Source: Syntrophorhabdaceae bacterium (GTDB lineage: Bacteria; Desulfobacterota; Syntrophorhabdia; Syntrophorhabdales; Syntrophorhabdaceae). From it: a stretch of 64,000 nucleotides of DNA. Below are positions 60,448 to 64,000 of the stretch, one piece after another. Every line of letters starts with the position of its first letter. The stretch's first letter is position 1. The stretch spans positions 1,088,001 to 1,152,000 of the forward strand of contig OY762209.1 of assembly GCA_963665295.1 (NCBI GenBank), in the 5' to 3' direction. The translations under genes were made by a program, and so were the position numbers. The notes beneath the pieces were generated by a model, which saw nothing but the letters and a program-made list of their open reading frames with translations, searched no databases and was not told where the DNA came from.

Positions 60448-60942
60448 TTACGGGTTTACCGGCACCTGCACCACGTGGGAGGGTACGAAGCTTCCGTTCA
60501 CCCATTGGTCGGGCACCTCCACCCATCTCCCGTTGGGGTCGTTCTCGGATACGGGCGAGCCATCGCCATTCTGGGGCAGGTTCTCAGCATCGGACCCGTC
60601 CGAGTAATAAAGGAGCTGACCGGAAGGACCTTCGCCGGATGCGGCCCCGGCGGGCGGCGCTTCCCCCGCGCCCCAACCGGCCTGGTAACCGTAATAGGGG
60701 ATGGCATAATAGAGTACGCGGTAAGGCCGCCAGTGCGGACGCGGACCCGGACGAAACGGACGGCACGCCATGCCTGCGGGCCGGGTCATGCGGCTCGACA
60801 CAGGATGTCCCGCGGCTATGGCTCCCCCGCGAGACCCGCCCCCGCCGCGGGCTCCGCCGCCTCCCCGGGCGTAAGACGGGAAAGGCCCGACCATTATGAT
60901 GCTAAGGGCCAGGACCAACGAAACAAATAGATACCTTCTCAT
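60448..60942 (-). CDS. Exported Gly/Pro-rich hypothetical protein
   Basis: Signal peptide, RGGGG, GRWVEVPDQWVNG. Confidence 0.6.
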   Translation of the reverse strand: MRRYLFVSLVLALSIIMVGPFPSYARGGGGARGGGGSRGGAIAAGHPVSSRMTRPAGMACRPFRPGPRPHWRPYRVLYYAIPYYGYQAGWGAGEAPPAGAASGEGPSGQLLYYSDGSDAENLPQNGDGSPVSENDPNGRWVEVPDQWVNGSFVPSHVVQVPVNP

Positions 60943-61196
60943 GATTTATCCTCGAAACCGTTCAGCCTTTGACGCATTGAGCGACAACACTCCATGAATA
61001 ATCATAGCAAAATCCGTGCCCTGGGGCTAAAAAACATAACCCTCTGCAATCATGCAGGTTGTGCTTCCTGCCTCGGGGCCTGGCCGGTTTTCGTCAGGCA
61101 ACAAATGTCGAAACCGTCCTTTCGGGGCGTCCAAATTGTCGCGCCCTTACGCGAAACCGGCGGACCGGCGCCCGGACCCGTACCGCGATCCCCGGC

Positions 61197-61868
61197 TCAG
61201 CGGAGGTCGTTTTCGGTCTCCTTCGGCTTGCCGCTCAGGCGGACCACCGCGTAGATCAAAGCCAGAAGACCCGCGCCCCCTCCCACTACCACGGGGAGGC
61301 TCCAGAACGTCCGGGGTAGAGCGCCGTAGAGGCCGATAATTCCGAAGAGGATGAATACCAGAGCGGCAAACCACTTGATGGCCCGGTCCGGGATGTTCTT
61401 GCCGAGCACTATGCCGAAGATGATGCCTATGGCGTCCGCCACCAGCATGCCCGTGGTGGTGCCGAGCCATATCTGGATGATATTTTCGTATTTCGTGGCA
61501 AGGGCGATGGTGGCGAGTTGGGTCTTGTCGCCCATCTCGGCAAAGAAGAAGGCTACGGCCACCGTCCAGAAGGGGCTGAATTTAAACCTCTTATCCTCGT
61601 TGTCCAGCTTGTCCCCCCTGAGCGTCCAGAGGCCGAAGAGGATGAACGACGCGGATGCGATGATCTGGATATAATGGAGCGGCACCACCTTGGTGAGGTA
61701 ACTGCCCAAAAGCACCGCACACAGGTGGTTTACCAGGGTGGCCACGAAAACCCCCCACATGACCGTCTGCCAGCGGTAACGGGACGCAAAGGCCATGGCG
61801 AGCAGTTGGGTCTTGTCGCCCATCTCCGCGAGGACCACGAACACCAGTGAAGCGATATAGGTTGTCAT
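61197..61868 (-). CDS. TMEM165/GDT1 (UPF0016) Mn/Ca transporter
   Basis: Two AEMGDKTQL motifs. Confidence 0.95.
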   Translation of the reverse strand: MTTYIASLVFVVLAEMGDKTQLLAMAFASRYRWQTVMWGVFVATLVNHLCAVLLGSYLTKVVPLHYIQIIASASFILFGLWTLRGDKLDNEDKRFKFSPFWTVAVAFFFAEMGDKTQLATIALATKYENIIQIWLGTTTGMLVADAIGIIFGIVLGKNIPDRAIKWFAALVFILFGIIGLYGALPRTFWSLPVVVGGGAGLLALIYAVVRLSGKPKETENDLR

Positions 61869-61890
61869 CATACCTCCTCGACACACAAAA

Positions 61891-62025
61891 TAAAAAAGCG
61901 AGACACTTTAGATGGACGTTCACGTCGCACTAAAGGTCTCGCTAATTGGCTTTCACCAATGACAAGGCCAGGGCATATGCCCAGCATGTTGACCTTGTCT
62001 TGTTAGCTACTCCCCCTCAGGGTTG
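61891..62025 (-). ncRNA. yybP-ykoY manganese riboswitch with terminator
   Basis: Minus strand GGGGAGTAGC..GCGAGACCTT, then GCGAGACCTTTAG/CTAAAGTGTCTCGC hairpin + T6. Confidence 0.9.
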
Positions 62026-62104
62026 TTAAATTATAGAATAAACCCCACCGGATATCAACAGATTGTTCAAAAGTATTTTTCCCTCACGAAGAAGGGGCCT
62101 GTTC

Positions 62105-62560
62105 TCAAAAGAGAACGGTGAGGCCCACCAGCACCTGCAAGGCATAGAGGACTACGATCGCAACCCCTATGGCGAAATGGGGTGTCCTCCATAGGGGACC
62201 GGCTTTGATCTTCCGCGAAATTATGAAGGTGGTGAGCAACGAGAGGGCGATGAGCGCCCCGAGGATGAAGTGGAGGGGGTAGGTGAATACCTTTCCCTGG
62301 TCGATACGGGCGAGGGTGACGCCGAAGAGGAATCCCGCCGTGCCGAAGAGGACAAGGAAGGGCCCGAGCTTCCTGTGGGTCCTGATGAGGGCGAAATCCG
62401 GCGCTCCCGCAATCCTCGTTCTTCGTATCCTGAGTCCGCACCATCCCTGGTAAAGGATGGCGAGGGCAATGACCGTGTTGAAGAAGCCGTGGGCTATGGC
62501 CATATATTCTATAATCTGTTTGTCGATCATAGAAAGAATATAGGTCGCCCCTCCGGACAT
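62105..62560 (-). CDS. DUF4079-like 4-TM His-containing membrane protein
   Basis: His in each of four TM helices. Confidence 0.7.
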   Translation of the reverse strand: MSGGATYILSMIDKQIIEYMAIAHGFFNTVIALAILYQGWCGLRIRRTRIAGAPDFALIRTHRKLGPFLVLFGTAGFLFGVTLARIDQGKVFTYPLHFILGALIALSLLTTFIISRKIKAGPLWRTPHFAIGVAIVVLYALQVLVGLTVLF

Positions 62561-62621
62561 GGCAAGGCTCCTGCCCGTTTTCGACCCCCTGTCGCGGCCT
62601 GTTCGGCCGGAAAGAGGGGTC

Positions 62622-63743
62622 TCAATGCCAGTCGTTCAGCATGAAGCCGATGCTTGCCCGGTTGACCGTGTTGTTGTAATCGATGAGGCTTTCCCCGTAG
62701 CCGTTGAAATACTGGATGTAACCGCTGAACCGCTTGTTGTCGATGAAGGGGAAGGGGAAGCTCCAGTCAAGCTGAACGGCCCCTTTGTTGTCGGCCCTGA
62801 GATTGTTCCGGAGCATGACGGCAAAGCGGTGCCCCTTCCAGTAATAGAACCCCCACAACTCGCCGTAGCCCATGTATGCGGTGATATTGGAGTTGTCGTC
62901 GTCGCTCGCATTCTCGGGTATCCTGTACCATGTTTTGAGGAGAAAGCTGAGGTTTTCCTTCTCGAACCCGAAGTTTGCCATCACGCGGTTCCAGCTCCGG
63001 GACAGGGGGTTGGCCCGGCCGTTCGACTGGTGATTGATCCCCAGGTTGACGATCCGCCCTTTTAACCCCAGGAGATCGTAATCGGTGCGGAAGTTCAGGA
63101 GCAGTTCCGGCTCGTAGTTGACCTCCCGGAAAGGCGACGAGAAGGCGGCGTTATAGAGCTGCCAGAAGGCGAGCTGGGTATAGCCGAACCAGAGGTCCAT
63201 ATCCTCCCCCATCACGTCCTCCCAGAGTTTCGTCTTGAAGCTTATCTGAAACTTGGCCTCCGTATGCTGAGCCCGGGCATTATTTGAGACGTCGAGCATG
63301 GGCTCCTGGTTGAGGGTGGAATTGTATGCCACGGGCAGCATATAGTTGGGCCGGTGGGGCCTGATAATGGAACGGGCGGCCCTGCTCGGGGCGTCCAGAT
63401 CCCAGTGGCGCGCCATGACGGACGAGGTGTTGTCCCCGGCAACGGGCTCCCCCTTGGCCTCTTTTACGGGCGTCCCCTCGGGAAGGGCGGTGGCGGGCGG
63501 TTTTGCCCGGGGTTCCGCGGCCCGGGCAGGGCCGTTGCCCGGGGGTTTTCTTCCTGCAAGGGTGTCGAAGCACCTCAACCGCTCGGTGTCGTCCTCTATC
63601 TTTATACACCCCGCCAACCCGTCCGGCATGTTGGCGGCTGCACTGTTTCCCGCGACGAATTGGAGCAGGAGCAGGGTGACAATAAAGAGACCGAGGCCTC
63701 CCACCATCTGGAGGTTCCGTTTTTCGTACAGGAGAGATTTCAT
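62622..63743 (-). CDS. pldA: Outer-membrane phospholipase A1
   Basis: KFQISFK, SSPFRE.NYEPE, HQSNG, SRSWNR, GYGESLIDYN. Confidence 0.93.
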   Translation of the reverse strand: MKSLLYEKRNLQMVGGLGLFIVTLLLLQFVAGNSAAANMPDGLAGCIKIEDDTERLRCFDTLAGRKPPGNGPARAAEPRAKPPATALPEGTPVKEAKGEPVAGDNTSSVMARHWDLDAPSRAARSIIRPHRPNYMLPVAYNSTLNQEPMLDVSNNARAQHTEAKFQISFKTKLWEDVMGEDMDLWFGYTQLAFWQLYNAAFSSPFREVNYEPELLLNFRTDYDLLGLKGRIVNLGINHQSNGRANPLSRSWNRVMANFGFEKENLSFLLKTWYRIPENASDDDNSNITAYMGYGELWGFYYWKGHRFAVMLRNNLRADNKGAVQLDWSFPFPFIDNKRFSGYIQYFNGYGESLIDYNNTVNRASIGFMLNDWH

Positions 63744-64000
63744 AAGTACCTCACTTTGTTCGTGATACCGATCTTGAAAATAAGCCGGTTCGGGAGGAAA
63801 AAGCAAGAAGAAAAAGCCAAGGGGCAATTTGTGTTGATTCACAAGGGATTCTGGGCTACCCTTTTTAAGGCGTCCCTTCCTATGATGAAGCCGTATTTTT
63901 TTTCGGTCCGTGAGTCCGAAGGGGCGGCCCACGTAAGAGGTCATGGAGATACCCGTTCCCGGTTATAGAGAGGCAGGCAGAGGGCCTTCGGTGGTCTGCA

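Overview
GC-rich anaerobe chromosome segment, probably Desulfobacterota (Syntrophorhabdus-like; inferred from gene content). Left edge: an intact SNF2 helicase running off the window, an IS110 remnant and a small FmdB-type Zn-ribbon gene with a possible Sec codon. Redox/transport genes follow (flavodoxin-like, Dus, ClC, fused IorA-IorB, Orn-like), then a collapsed czc-type efflux locus led by a RAPP-ending leader ORF. Centrepiece: the mercury-methylation pair hgcA-hgcB, translationally coupled to a Cys-rich MarR gene with operator-like repeats over its promoter. A 2-oxoacid:ferredoxin oxidoreductase operon has its 5' end and promoter duplicated (~300 bp) on both sides of a ~4 kb lower-GC island holding toxin/immunity remnants, an IS630, a Y1-transposase stub and recurring GGGG(A/T)CA motifs. 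Then come an alphaCTD-sigma4 fusion cluster, kup, the futalosine operon, a long palindrome plus an 80-bp tandem repeat, a cobalamin-riboswitch-led anaerobic B12 operon, a HigA pseudogene, a yybP-ykoY-controlled Mn exporter and phospholipase A. All calls are from manual motif reading; no searches were run.
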